Assembly (NCBI GenBank): GCA_035495615.1
Contig: DATJFP010000088.1
Span: forward strand, 41,763 to 105,762
Reading direction: 5' to 3'
Length of the DNA stretch: 64,000 nt
DNA from: Verrucomicrobiia bacterium
GTDB taxonomy: Bacteria > Omnitrophota > Omnitrophia > Omnitrophales > Aquincolibacteriaceae
A program made the position numbers and the translations under genes. Below the pieces are notes generated by a model. That model made no database searches, was not told where the DNA came from, and saw only the letters and a list, made by a program, of their open reading frames with translations. Positions 1-12,300 of the stretch are shown one piece after another; the stretch's first letter is position 1; every line of letters begins with the position of its first letter.

Positions 1-330
1 AGGCGCGCGCGGCCGCGGAGCGCGCGGTTGATGTCGGTCTGCAGCGCGATCTCCCCTTCCCCGAGGGCTCGCAGGAACTGATACGCGTAGGCCATGACGA
101 TGGGATTGTTCTCGTCGACGGCCGCGGGAATCACCAGCTGCCCGCTGCGCAGGAGCGTCGAGATGTGGCGGGCATAAGCGCGGTAGATCGGGCCCGAGTC
201 GAAAAACTGATAGCCGAATTCCCTGGCCAGAGCCCGGGCGGCTGTCGATTTACCGGCCTGCGCGGGACCCGCGATATTGATGCCTTCGGGCGTTTCCAGA
301 ATCTGGACCCACTGGTCGAGCGCGGCGTCG
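1..330 (-). other. Cytidylate-kinase-like P-loop nucleoside-monophosphate kinase domain (N-terminal part) at the window edge, continuing beyond position 1
   Basis: Careful codon-by-codon translation gives LDQWVQILETPEGINIAGPAQAGKSTAARALAREFGYQFFDSGPIYRAYARHISTLL...GEGEIALQTDINRALAGR. Compare the Cmk consensus ITIDGPxGAGKGT...LAxxLGxxxLDSGAxYRA...GEIRTQEV. Walker A is GPAQAGKS. Confidence 0.6.
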
Positions 331-3300
331 CGCTTTTCCTTCGGCAGGAGCTGGAGGAACGCGTTCACTTCGGCGGGCAGGTTCTGCGGCTGGACGCGCA
401 TTTCGGCGCGGCCATAGCGTTCGGCCTTGCGGGAAAGGCGCCAGATCTCCGGCGTTACCGCGCCCGGAGCCAGGTCGCCGATCCGCACCTGGATCGCGCG
501 CGACAGGCGCTGAAGAACGCCGGAATCGGTGTGAAAAACGTATTCGGCGCGGGTGAGCAGCTGCCCGAGGCCTTCCAGCGTCACTTCGCGGAGGTTCAGG
601 GCCTCGGCCGGCATCACCGCGAAATCGCCCAGGCCGTTGTCCGCGGCCCAGCGCAGGTAATTCGCATAAACCGAGAGTTCTTCTTCGGAGGTCTTCGGCG
701 GATCGCGTTTGACGATCCTGGCCAGATCGGCGAGCAGTTCCTGGCGCCGGGCTTCGGCGCTTTGCGGGCCGTGCTGCAGGTTGCGCACCAGCGCGTCTTC
801 GCGGCGGAGCCCGAGGCCGGGCACCACGTCGCGGCGCGAACGTTCGTTCAAGCGTCTCATGCTGCGTTCGATCTCGGGATTGGCCGCGGCGCCTTCCAGG
901 ACTTCGGCGGCGGAAACGCGAGCGATCAAGTGGCCGTCGGCGGATTCCTTGGTGGACGGAAGTCCCGGCACGTTCAAAAGCCCATCGTGCAGGTCTTCGA
1001 TGGCGAACGCCGTGCGCGGCGACTGGACCACGAAAGCGCTGAAATTCACCGAAGCCATGCCCGCGGCCGCGATCGCCTCGACATGCGGCCGCAGTCCGGC
1101 GACATATTCAGGATCGCGGTATTCGATATCCCGAATCACGCCCGCGACCGAGGCGATGTTCTCCGCCAGCGGGCCGCGCGTCTTGTAAATCTCATAGATG
1201 TTGGTCAGGCTGGCCATCGAAGGAAGCGTGACCACCCTTGCGTAATCTTCCGGATTGATCTGCTCGATCAGGCGCCGCATCTGGCGGAGCAGAAGGCGCC
1301 GTTCGGTCGAGGCGCGGCGAAGGGCGATCGAGGCCGTGGACTGCGCGGCTTCGCCCTTGGCGCGTCCCTGCGCTTCCTGGGCGTCCCGGAAAGCTTCTCT
1401 CGCGCGTTCGAGGCGCGGCAGGAGCCCGCGGATCGCGATCTGCGTGGTCATCAGTTTGAGGTGCAGCGAAAGCCGGTCAAGATAGTAAGCCAGGTCGTCG
1501 TCGGAAACCGTATTCTCGAGAAGCGCCTCGGTAACGGAACCGCGCAGCCCGAGCGCGGGCCGGTTTTCCAGCTGAAGCACGAGGCCGGACTGCGTCAGCG
1601 CGTAAAGGATCGCGCGCTGGAACGGCAGGAACGCGGCTTCGGCCTGCTCCTGTCCGAGCTTGGTAGTTTTCATGGTCCATTCGCGTCCGCGCGCGTCCGT
1701 GAAATGCGGGAACAGCGCCAGCACGTCCGGCGTATCCGCGGGCGGGATGCGCGTGATGTTTTTCTGCCAGTACCGCACGAACGACGAGGCGTCGAGCATT
1801 TCCGGAACCTGGTTGCTCGAGGTGTAGCTCACCGCGGCCGCGCCCACCGCCTGCTCGAACAGCTTGACCGTGTCGCGGCCGTAAGCGGCCGAGCGCAGGA
1901 ACGCCATGCCGCGGCGCAGCTCGTCGCCGACCGCGCGCACGACGCGCTGGTAAAGTTCGGGGCCGCGGCGCACGGCGCGCATGAGCGCGATCACGTTTTC
2001 GATGTTGTAGTAGCGGCCGCCCGGCGCTTCCGCGTCTTCGGTCGTGCCCAAAAGCTCCGCGCCCGGCTTGCCGTTCAGCCAATCCGAGTACACGCGGCGG
2101 AAGTCGTCGAGATCGATCTGCTTGATTTCGTAGATGAAACGTTCGACCTGGAAGCGGTAGCGGTCGTCCGCAAGTTCGGCTTCCAGCACGCGGTCGATCG
2201 CGGCCTCGCCGGCATTGACGATGAATTCCGCGAGCGTGATCAGGGAACTCGCCAGGCGCACGTCCGAGCCCGTGATAATCACTTCGTTGTGGCGGAAGAG
2301 GAAGGTGTTGAATTGCTGGCGCTGCTTGGCGGTCATGCCTTGGTAAAGGCGGTCGAGGATCGCGGGGTCCGCCTGCGTGATCGTGATCGGCCCGGGCGCT
2401 TCCGCGGTGCGGGACAAGTCTTCCGCGCGGCGCGAGATGCTGTTGGCGATCAGAAGCTCGCGCAGGTAAGAGCCGAGAAGCTTGGGTTCGCTCGCGCGCC
2501 GGATCTGGTTGGTCCTGCCGTCATAGTCCGTCTTATGGCCCAGGTTGACTTCGCTGTACGGGAAGTGCAGGTGGTACACCATACCTTCGATCGCGGTGCG
2601 GAGAAGCGCGTTCGGATCGAACGTGGTTTGTTCGGGCTGCGCGGTTTCCGAGACTTCGTCGAACACGATCCGCTCAGGCGGCGTCAGGCCTTCCTCTTCG
2701 AACCAGCGCCTCACGTCGTCTTCGGTGAGCGGGCCGGCAACAGGAGCGGCCGGAGCGGGAGCGCCTTCGGCCGCCGGCGTCGCCGGAGCCGGAGCCGCGG
2801 GAACGGGCCCGCGCGTTTTCGACCACTGGAACTGGCTTTCGCCTTTGTACGGGGCGGTCTTGGACGCCACGAGAAATTCTTCGACTTTGGCCGCGCCGCG
2901 TGTCTTGCTGAGCATGAGGGCTTTCAGGAAGCCGGTGATGATACCGCCGGAAACGCTGTCCACGAAGCGGATGTCGGTCTTGGGATCGATGCCCGCGGCC
3001 AGGACTTCCGCATAAATGCCCTCGGCGATCCGGTTGAATTCCGGATCCGTGCGCATGCGTTCTTCGAAATACGGCAGCAGCGCGTCGTAGAAGCGGCGTT
3101 CGCGCACCGCGGCGTCCGCCGTGCCCGCCCGATTCTCGCGTTCCTCGTCCTCGCGGAAGAGGCCGCGCACTTCGCCCACCATGCGTTCCATGACCGGGTA
3201 CGCGTTGCCGAGCTTTTCACGCGACACCTGGATGAGGACGTTTTTCGACTCGTCGAATTCCGCGCCCTGCATCATCTGCTTCGTGATCCAATAGTTTGCG

Positions 3301-6300
3301 CCGTCGCGGGCGAGATAAACATTGACCTTCTTGTCGTCGATCTGATCCACGACGTAAGGCAGCAGGCGGTTGATCGCCACCAGGGCGTGGTAGAAGGTGT
3401 ACTTGCCCCTGTTCGCCGGGTCATAGGCCTCGCGGATCGCGTTCTTCAGGTAAGAGATCCTGGAATCCAGCAGGTAGCGGCGGACGTCTTCGGAAGCGCC
3501 GGTCCCCGCGATTTGAGCTTTGAGCTCCGCGGCTTTCTCATCGAGCTTTTTCAGGATTTCGTTTGCATCGTAGGCTTGAACTTCAGCGGTGGGCTTGTAA
3601 AAGGCATTGAGGCGCATTTCGGGACGCAGGACGGGGCCGGACAAATCGATCTCCTGCGCCGGAGGCCCGCGGCGCGTGAATCTCTTGGCCGCGGCCTGGT
3701 TCACGAACGCGGCATTGGCGCGGCGCAGCGTGCGGTAGTTGTCGAACTGTTCTTCCTGGCTGCTCGGCGCGTGCACGCCGTTGGCGGCCGCGAACGTGGC
3801 GCGGTCCGGCGACTGCCAGGAACGGCCGAGGTCGAGCGTCTTTCTCATACTGCCGGAAATCAGCGCGCGATAGATCAGGCTGCGGAGCGAACCGTACTGC
3901 GTGCCGTACGCCTTTTCGGTCGACGCGGGGCCGACGACGATGGTGCTCAGGAATTCCTGCATGCCCACGGCGTTGTAATCGCGGCCGCCGAGCAGCGCTC
4001 TCGCCTGCTCGTCGGACAGGCCGTAATCTCTCACGATCTGAGCGCGCGTGACGCCGGGTTTCAGCTGCAGCGCGACGGGCTGCAGGCCTTCGTTCAGGTA
4101 GTTCCACAGGAATGCGAGCGCGCGCAGGCGCGGGTCGTCGGGATATCTCGGGCCGGCTTCGCCTGCCGGGCGGTTCGTGGCATGGAGCGTTTCGGTCAGC
4201 CACTCGTAGAACGCGGGGCCGTTACGCTCGTCGATCGCTTCGATCGCGGGCTCGACCGGGATGCCGGTGCCGCGCAGCATTTCGGTGCGAAGGCGCAGTC
4301 CCGAATTGCCCCAGATCGCCATGACGTCGTTCTGGAATTCGGGGCTTGGATTTTCCCTGTCCGTGTGGCCGGTCACGCGTCCGGCAATGATGTCGAAATG
4401 CAGTTCCACCTGGTCGAGGACCTGTTTGCGCACGGGCCAGGGCAAATCGCCTTTCAGGACGAGAAGCAGCGGCAGCGTCGACGGGGCTTCGGTCTTGAGG
4501 GGCTTGGGAGCCGGAGCCGGCACGGTTCCCCGCGTCTTGTCGCCCTTGGTGCCATCGGCCCAGCGCACGCCGTTGCGGTTGTCCAGCGTCTTGACCTGTT
4601 TGAGCGAGGTGGACGCCAGGCCCCGCAGCGTCGGGAAATCCTGGTCCGTACGGAAAGCGGCGCCCACGGAAATCGTGAACTCCGGCATGTTCTGCAGCGG
4701 CTCGGCGCGCAGGTATCTTCCCTGCACCTTGAGTTCCCTGTTCCAGTCTTCCAGCTTGCGGGCGAGCGCGGCCGCGAGCGGCACGTTCTTGCCTTTGTCG
4801 AAAACGATGAGCGCGCGGCCGCGGTTGACCGCGATCGGATAACCCACGGTGGTCTTGATCAAGTCACGCGTCTTGTCGTCGAGCGAGCGGAAATCCTGCG
4901 CGCTCTCGGCAAGGCCGAAACGGCCGTGCGTGCCGAACGAAATTTCGGCGCGCAGCCTTTCGAGGAAACGGGCGGCAAGCGCCTTGTCGAGCGGCCGGTC
5001 ATTCGTGCCGGTGATCAGCAGCCAGGATTCGTCGGGGCCGCGGCGGATCTGGCGGGCCGCGAGCTTGGGACCGTCCGCGTCGCGGAAAACATCTTCTTTC
5101 AGGATGTCGTCGATCGCGCGGTTCATGACGATGCGCACCATGCCGGCGAACTTGTACGTGCGGCCTTCGAAGGCCGTGTGGTACTGCGTGAGGAAGTCGA
5201 TGTCGACGGTGGCCAGCGCGAACTGTGTGTTCTGCTCGATCAGCTGCCCGATGAGGCGTTCGCCGTCGCGCTGCCCCATGGCCGCTTCGGAAGTCGTCAT
5301 GATCGGCGTATCGTCGCTGATTTCGGTGGCGGTTCTCCAGGTCTCGCGCTGTTCCAGCTTCGTGGCATCCAGGAAATAAACCGGGGGCAATTCGGAATAA
5401 CGGCGGTTGCCGGCCGCGTCCCACAAGCCCAGCGTATCGTAGTTTTCCTGCCCGCGGACGAGAATCATTTCGGAGTTGAGGAAGGCATCGGCCACGTCGC
5501 CCGCGATACCGCGGTCCCCGTCGTGGCGCTCGGTGCCGGAAATGTTGCGGAGATCGAGGCCGTAAGTGGCCGGGCCGTGATCGGACAGCACGAAGCGGCC
5601 TTCCAGCTTGTGGCGGCGCAGGTGCGCGAGCGCCGGATGTTCGAGAGCGGTCTCGATGTCGCGGACCGTGAGGGCGCGGCCCACGGGCACGGCTTTGGCC
5701 ACGCCGAAAATCGTCAGGCCCTGGTTGTCGTCGAGCCATTTCTGCACCGCGAGGAGGTCCTGCACGCCTTTAGGATCGCGCGGGTTCACGTTTCCGAAAA
5801 CAAAAGTCGCCTTGGCGAAGCTTGAAAGCTGCGGAATCGCCGTGATCGCCGGAGCCGGCGCGTCCAGCACCGCGGTGATCGCCTGCGCCTGCGCGTTCGC
5901 GGCTTCGTCATGTCCGGCTTCTTTGAGCGCCATTTCCACGATGCGGTTGTGCAGCGTCACGTATTCCGGAGCGCTGAGCGTGGTGCGGAATTCACGGCCG
6001 CCCAGGAAAGGCGGCTTCCACTGGCGCACGCGGGCGGCAAAATCTTTCACGTAAGTGCGCGTCGCTTCGTTCTGGATGCCGCGCGCGTCCAGAGCCGCGT
6101 CGAGGAAATCGTCCATTCTCGCGTCGGCGGTGACAAAATCCGTGATCGGCGCGCCGGGACGATAGTCTCCGGGCACCTGCGTCAGAAGCATCTGGGTCCT
6201 GTTTCCGGGTTCGTAATGCGGGGCGTCCACGCTCTCGACTTTGTCCAGGTTGCCGAGGAAAAGATCCATCATGTCCAGCACGACTTCGGCCAGGGTGCGG

Positions 6301-9300
6301 TCGCGCGTGACCACTTGCTGCCCGCCGCCCGTCGCGGCCTGAGGAGCGCCGTAACCTCCGGCGGCCTGAACGCCGTATCCGCCCGCCGCAGCCGGGGCCC
6401 CGCCTTCCGCCTGGGGCGCGCCGTATCCGGGCGCGGCAGCCTGGCCGCCTGCCTGGGGCTGTGCCCCTGCGGCGGCATAACCGCCCACAGGCGCGCCTTC
6501 TATCGGCTCGGACGTGGCCGCTCCGTAACCGGGAGTGGCGGCCGCGGCTCTCGCGGCCCCCGCCCTGACTTCCCTCTCTATAATAGGAAGGAAGCCCAGC
6601 CTGGAAACTTCATCCGCCAGGTCCAGCGTCGCCTGGTAAGCGACCGCGTCGAGGGACCGGATCTCGCCCAAGTTGGCATTCGGTTCTTTTTCGCGCAGCA
6701 GCTGGATCGCGCGCACGCCGCGCTTGATCTGATCCAGGTTGATCTGGCTGTTGGCCAGGAAACGGCGCGCGCCGTACTTGTCCAAAAGCCGGTCCGCGGC
6801 TTCGAACGATTCGGCGTAAAGATAAAGGTCTTCCACCAGGTGCCGGAGGCCGGCCGCGGGCTTGGCGCCTTCGAAGAAGGTCTTGAGTTTGCGCCCGCCC
6901 CTGCCGAGGTCGCCTTCGATCTCGAAATCAAATTGCAGCATGAAGCGCAGGATTCTGAGCGCCAGGCGCGGGTTCAGGTCCGCATGGCCCGCATCCGGAT
7001 AATTGACCCGCAGGACGCCTTCGCGGAGATCTTCGCGGCCCGAGAAGCTGTCGTGGATAATGTAGTCGCTTCCTTCTTTCCACAGCGCAAGACGGTTGAT
7101 GGTCAGTTCCGGCACTTCGGTAAGGGCCCCGACGTTGGGCGGCGTTTCATGGACGCGGCCCGTCGTGGCGTCGATGACGCCCGTCACGTGGATGGGCAGC
7201 CGGCGCCCGTCCGTGTGGACCATGACCGCGCGGCCTTCGAGCACTTCCTGCGCGGTGAGGTCCTGCGAAATCGTGCCGTCGAGCGCGCGGCCCTTGAATT
7301 TCTGGGCCAGGACGCCTGCCGCGGGCATGGCCGCGTCAAACAGCAGCCGCTCGCGGAACTGGTTGATGAGGTAAGCGCGGAAGGCCAGCATCACGATCTT
7401 GTCCGCGTCTTCGCGCGTCAGCGGGCTCTTCGCCTGACGCTGGGATTCGTAGACGTCGCGGATCTGCCGGCGCAGCTTGAGATTGAAGGCCGGGTCCGAG
7501 GCCTTGGCCGCTTCATAGGCTTCTTTGTAACGCTTGTAGTCCGGATACTCTTCCAGGATTTTTTCGTACAGGCGCTGCTGGTCTTCCTTGATCTCGACGT
7601 GATTGGCGTGCTTGATCTCGCCGATGAGCTTGGCATCCTGCGGAAGTTCTTTCAGCCAGGCCAGCTCCGTCTCGCGGGCATTGAGCCGGGCGACGGCTGC
7701 GTCGTCGAGGCGGACCTGGAGCAGCACGTCGACTTCGTCGCTGCGCTTTTCCTGCCCTCCGAGCTCGTTACGCACGATGCCGCCGAACGCCACGACCGCG
7801 GGATTGTTGACCCCGTCGAGGAACGCGCGGAGCGCCCCGTTCTGCGTGAGCTGGTTCGGGGCCAGAGTCTCGCGAAGCTCCGCCCTTTGCTGCACGGCCG
7901 TCACGGCCGCGGCCAGCCGCGGGTTGTTCAATTCGGGCGCGTCACGGAGAAGCGGAACCACGTGATGGCGGACGAAAATGCCGAGTTCCCGGAGCGCGAC
8001 CGGCTTGAACCGGCGCGCGCCGCTGAGGGCATCTTCCACGACCGTAAGCGCCGCGTTTGCGAAATAAGCGTCGCCCACGGCGGCGCGGACGTCGTTGATG
8101 CTTTGCACCGGCGCGTCTGGAATAATTTCCGTGCTGAGGCTCGAGAAAGGCGTGAGGCCGCTTTCGATCCGCGACACCACATCGCGGAACGCTTCCCGAT
8201 CTTGGAGCGGCTTCAGCGCCCGCGTCAGCCTCTCGCTTCCGAGCTCCGGGCGGCTCTGGATCAGTTTTTTCAGATGTTTCACGATGAAGCTCAGCTTCGC
8301 GTCTGGAAGATTGTGGAGCCGCGGCTCTTCGAGCATGAGCTGCACCGTCTGCATAAAGGCCAGGTCGCCCATGTCCTTGCGGAAATCATCCACGAATTTC
8401 CAGGCCGCGTCATACTCAAAGTCAGGATAAAAGGAGCGGTCCCGGATGCCGTCCGCCAGCTTTTTCGCGGCCGCGGCAAGATGCGTGTCCGGCGTTTCGG
8501 CCGTGAGCTCGGCCGGCACGGGCTTGTCCGCGAGATCGGGACGCCGCGCAAGCAAGGGACGCAGGTGTTCTTCTTCGAGCCTCTGGTACAGCACGGGAGC
8601 AAAGCTCTTGACCCGGTCTTCGAGAATGGCGTCCAGCGCGCCGCGGAAATAAGCGTCGCCGGCAAGGATGGCGGCCAGCGCGGCGTGATAGGTTTCGTCG
8701 CCCAGGTCTTTTCCGACGGCCTCGATGCGTTCTCTGCGGACCTCCGGGCCCAAGTCCCCCGGCGCACCAAAGCCGGTGCCGGCCACCGCGTCGAAGATCC
8801 GCGTGATCGCGCGTTCGAGCGGCGTCTTGCCGTAGCGCGAGCCTTCTTCGTAGACGCGGCGGAAATTCGTGACGGCGTTGTCAAGCCTGTCGTTCAGCAG
8901 CATGGGCCGGCGGGTAAGCATGCGGCGAACATGGAGATTAAGCAATTCAGCCACGATGCGCGGCGGCAGATCGTAGTGGCCGGCTTCTTCCACGATCGCG
9001 ATTACGGCTTCGCGGAAGAGCACGTCTTTGGCCTCGCGGCGGACGCTCTCGATCATTTGTTCGCGCATCAAGTCACGGTCCTGGGCTGCCTGCACCGCGA
9101 TCAGGATTTTGCGCACCGTCGCATAAACCGGCGGCAGTTCGGGCGCCGCGGGCGCTTTTTCCGGAACCTTTTCGAGTTTCGACGCGGCCGGGACCTTCTT
9201 CACGAAACCCTCGTAAAACCGCTGGAACGTCTCGGGGAACTTCTCGCCTTTTCCGAAATTGCGCAGCAGGCCTCCGATGATCGGAACGCCCGCGTATTCT

Positions 9301-12300
9301 TCGCTCTTATGGAAGAGCTGGTCGAAGCCGTCGGTCATGTACGTGCCCAGGTCCGTGTCCGGGCCGATGAGGCCGCGGTCGAACTGGAAGATGGCCTTGA
9401 TCTCGGCCGGCTTGTGCTTGGGAGAGGTTTCGAACCGCACACGGACGGTCTTGGCATCCACCTGCGCGACCGTGACCTTGTAGCCGGGATAATTTTTCCA
9501 GGCGTAGACAACTGGCTCTTCGAGCTTCACTTCCACGGGAATGATCTCGTCACGGGACGGCACCACTGACGGCGCCGCGTGCGCTTCCACTTCAGGCACT
9601 TCTTCTTCGGCGGCAACGCCCACGAGATACGTGCGCAGCGTCGTTCCCAGGATTTGGCCGCGCTGGGCTTCATCCGCGACAAAAGGCGCGAGCGACCAGA
9701 CTTTCGTGCTGCTCCTGCGGATGCCGATGAGTGCGGCCGCGCGGCGGGCGGTATCGCCGGCGGCAAGGCCGCGGCGGCTCGCGATTTCCGTGACCAAGGC
9801 TTCGCGTCCGTTGAGCCCGGCCCTTTCGAGGGCTTTCAGCTTTTCGGCAAAATCCGCGGCGGTCGCCGGTTCGGTCTGTTCTTTCAGGAGCGCGGCCAGG
9901 ACCTCGTCCACTTCCTTGAGAAGCGCGTCCGCCGCTTCCGGTGTGGGAGGCACTTCCGCGAGCGCGGCGATGAGAAGATCCACATTGTCCACGTAGCGCC
10001 GGGTGCCCGGATTGAAATAGCTGCCAAAGAAATCGTCGCGGAGCACCGCGGGATCGTGCACGCGCAGTTCCGTGCGCGCGAAACTCCATTCGCGGCGCGT
10101 CTCGTCTTCCTCGTCGCCGAATTCGCGCGCGGTGTCCATGGCGTCGATGACTTCGTGCACGGCGCCGACCGCGTCGGCGTCCAGGCCCGGCGTTTCTTCG
10201 ACTTCCGGCAGCGCTTCCGGCGTGAGGCCGGTGGTCGCGGGCGCGTAACGGCGGGCGGCCCAGCGGATAGCCTTTGCAGACAGGACAAAAAGAAGCACGG
10301 TCAGCGTGCCCGCCACCATCATGGTATGGAACGCCATGAAGTACCACGGGAAGCGGACTTCGTTGGAAAAGGCAAAGCCGGGCGGCGGCAGCGCGGTCAC
10401 CATGCCGTCACCGATGGAAATCGCGGATCCCACCGGGCTCATCGCGAACGGCGGGATGCCATAGATAAGGAAGACGACGGTCAGGCCCATGGTGATAAGG
10501 CCCATGGCGATGCTGACGCCTTTGGTCCAGGATTTATTTTTCCACAGGATGCCCGAGAACCAGGATGCGAGAGGGCCCATCATGAAGGCCACGCCGATCG
10601 GGAAGAACCACAGGAACCAGTGATAGTCGAGAAGCAGCGGCAGGATCGGCCCGAGAGCGCCGACCGCGGCAATGCGGAAGGCGGTCGTGACCGACCACCA
10701 GAGCAGCCTTCCCCGCTCGCGGGAAATGTCGCGGCGGATCAGGTCCGCGCGGCCCGGCGTCAGGCGCAGGGCTTCGTCGTAGGTTTCGCGGATGCCGCGC
10801 GTCACGAAGAAATTGTCCGCCAGTCCTCTCAGGCTAATGGGGATGGTAAAAAAGTACAAGTTGATCCGGAAATCAATGAGCCTGAAAAATCCGCGTAAGA
10901 GGTCCACCGCCCACATGAGGTGCATGGCCCGCAAGACAGGCTCCGGCCCGTACCATTCCATGAGCGCGCGCATCACCACGAAAACAATGCCGACCCCGAG
11001 GCCGATGAACCATCCGAACGGCAGGACCGTGGAGAAAAACGCGGCCATGCCCACTTTGGCGACGATCCATTGCGAGACGCCCGGAATGGCGCCGATCATC
11101 AGGATGCCGAGCATGGCGTGAAGGACGAGGCGGTACCAGCCGGTCCGCGCCGCCTGCCGGACTTTCGTGTCGCGCTCGATCATCGTCTCCGCCTGTTTTT
11201 CGGGCGTGGTTTCTTTCGTGGGATCGATCTCGTGGCGGAAATAGCGCGCGCCCCAGAAGCCGGTCAGGATCGCGGAAAGAATGCCCGTCAGCAGCGCGGC
11301 GCCGAAGACCGCGAGCGCGCCGAAGCCGAGGAGGAAATGCCCGATGAGGAAGACCGAGAAGAGACCCAGGCCGAACGCGAACGAGGTGCCGAACTCTTCG
11401 AAGTAATGCGCGAGCGGCAGTTCCGGCGATTCCGTGCCCGTCGATTTCCAGACCGGCTTGGCCTGCGCGGCCAGCATTTCGAAACGCACGGCGTTGGCGT
11501 GGTCGCCGCGGATGCGGGCCAGGCGCGCCTGCTGCTTGTAATGGGACACGAGCGTATAGTTGGCATAGAACTGGCGGAAGCCTTCGGCATTCGCGTCTTC
11601 GGTGAGGAACAACTTGTTCAGATAAATCAGCGTGGACATCACGGTCTCGGCCACTTCGATGGGCACGTCCGTGAAAAGGTAATTGCGCCATTCGCGGAAC
11701 ATCACGGTCGAGACGACGAGTACTGCGAGCGCCGGCAGGAAGACGGCCGGCGTGATGGGCAGAAGCCCGATCGCGAGCGGGATTGCGACGAACGCGCGCC
11801 ACACGTGTTTCGGGATGCCGAAGGTCCTATCGCGGATGCCCAGGTAAATCAGGATGAGCGTCGCGACAACGCCCAGGATCGGCGCGGTCCACAGGAGCGC
11901 GGTGAGCGACAGCCCCATAAACGGCACGAAGGCAAGGAGAATGGGCACGGCGAGCGCCAGGTATCTCAAGAACCCGGGCAGCCGGAACGTCCTCAGGAAC
12001 GGGAGCCGCACCGTGATCGGCCGCGGGCCGTTGCGCACCGCCCAGAAGAAGATGGCGGCGCCGAAGAACAGGGCGAAAAACAGAAGCGGCAGCGTGACTG
12101 AAGCAAAGATGCCGAGCGTCAGCGTAGCCGCGCTCAGGAATTTAAATCCGACGATGAGCGCGGCGATCATGCCGCCGATCGAGAACATGATGCCGAGCCC
12201 GTTGTAGAGGCTGCCATAGCGGCGGTCGAAAATCCGGTCCGCTTCCGAACGCATCTCTTCCTGGTCCTGCAGCCGGATATGCGCCGGCGCGTCTTCGGCG

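Noticed and set aside
165-5825. 1886-aa plus-strand ORF. The same applies to 5910..9569, 9579..10898, 10920..12101, 12279..16085, 16347..20132, 21558..25697, 26676..29789, 29934..34340, 34569..37733, 37779..41495, 41511..43790, 44676..47228 and 47745..48656.
   Set aside because: All are in a single shared frame. Their composition is antisense-like (R/G/D/F/H/V-rich, with ATA/GTA/CGA codons). The complementary frame gives real domains with higher GC3. They are shadows of the minus-strand giant gene.
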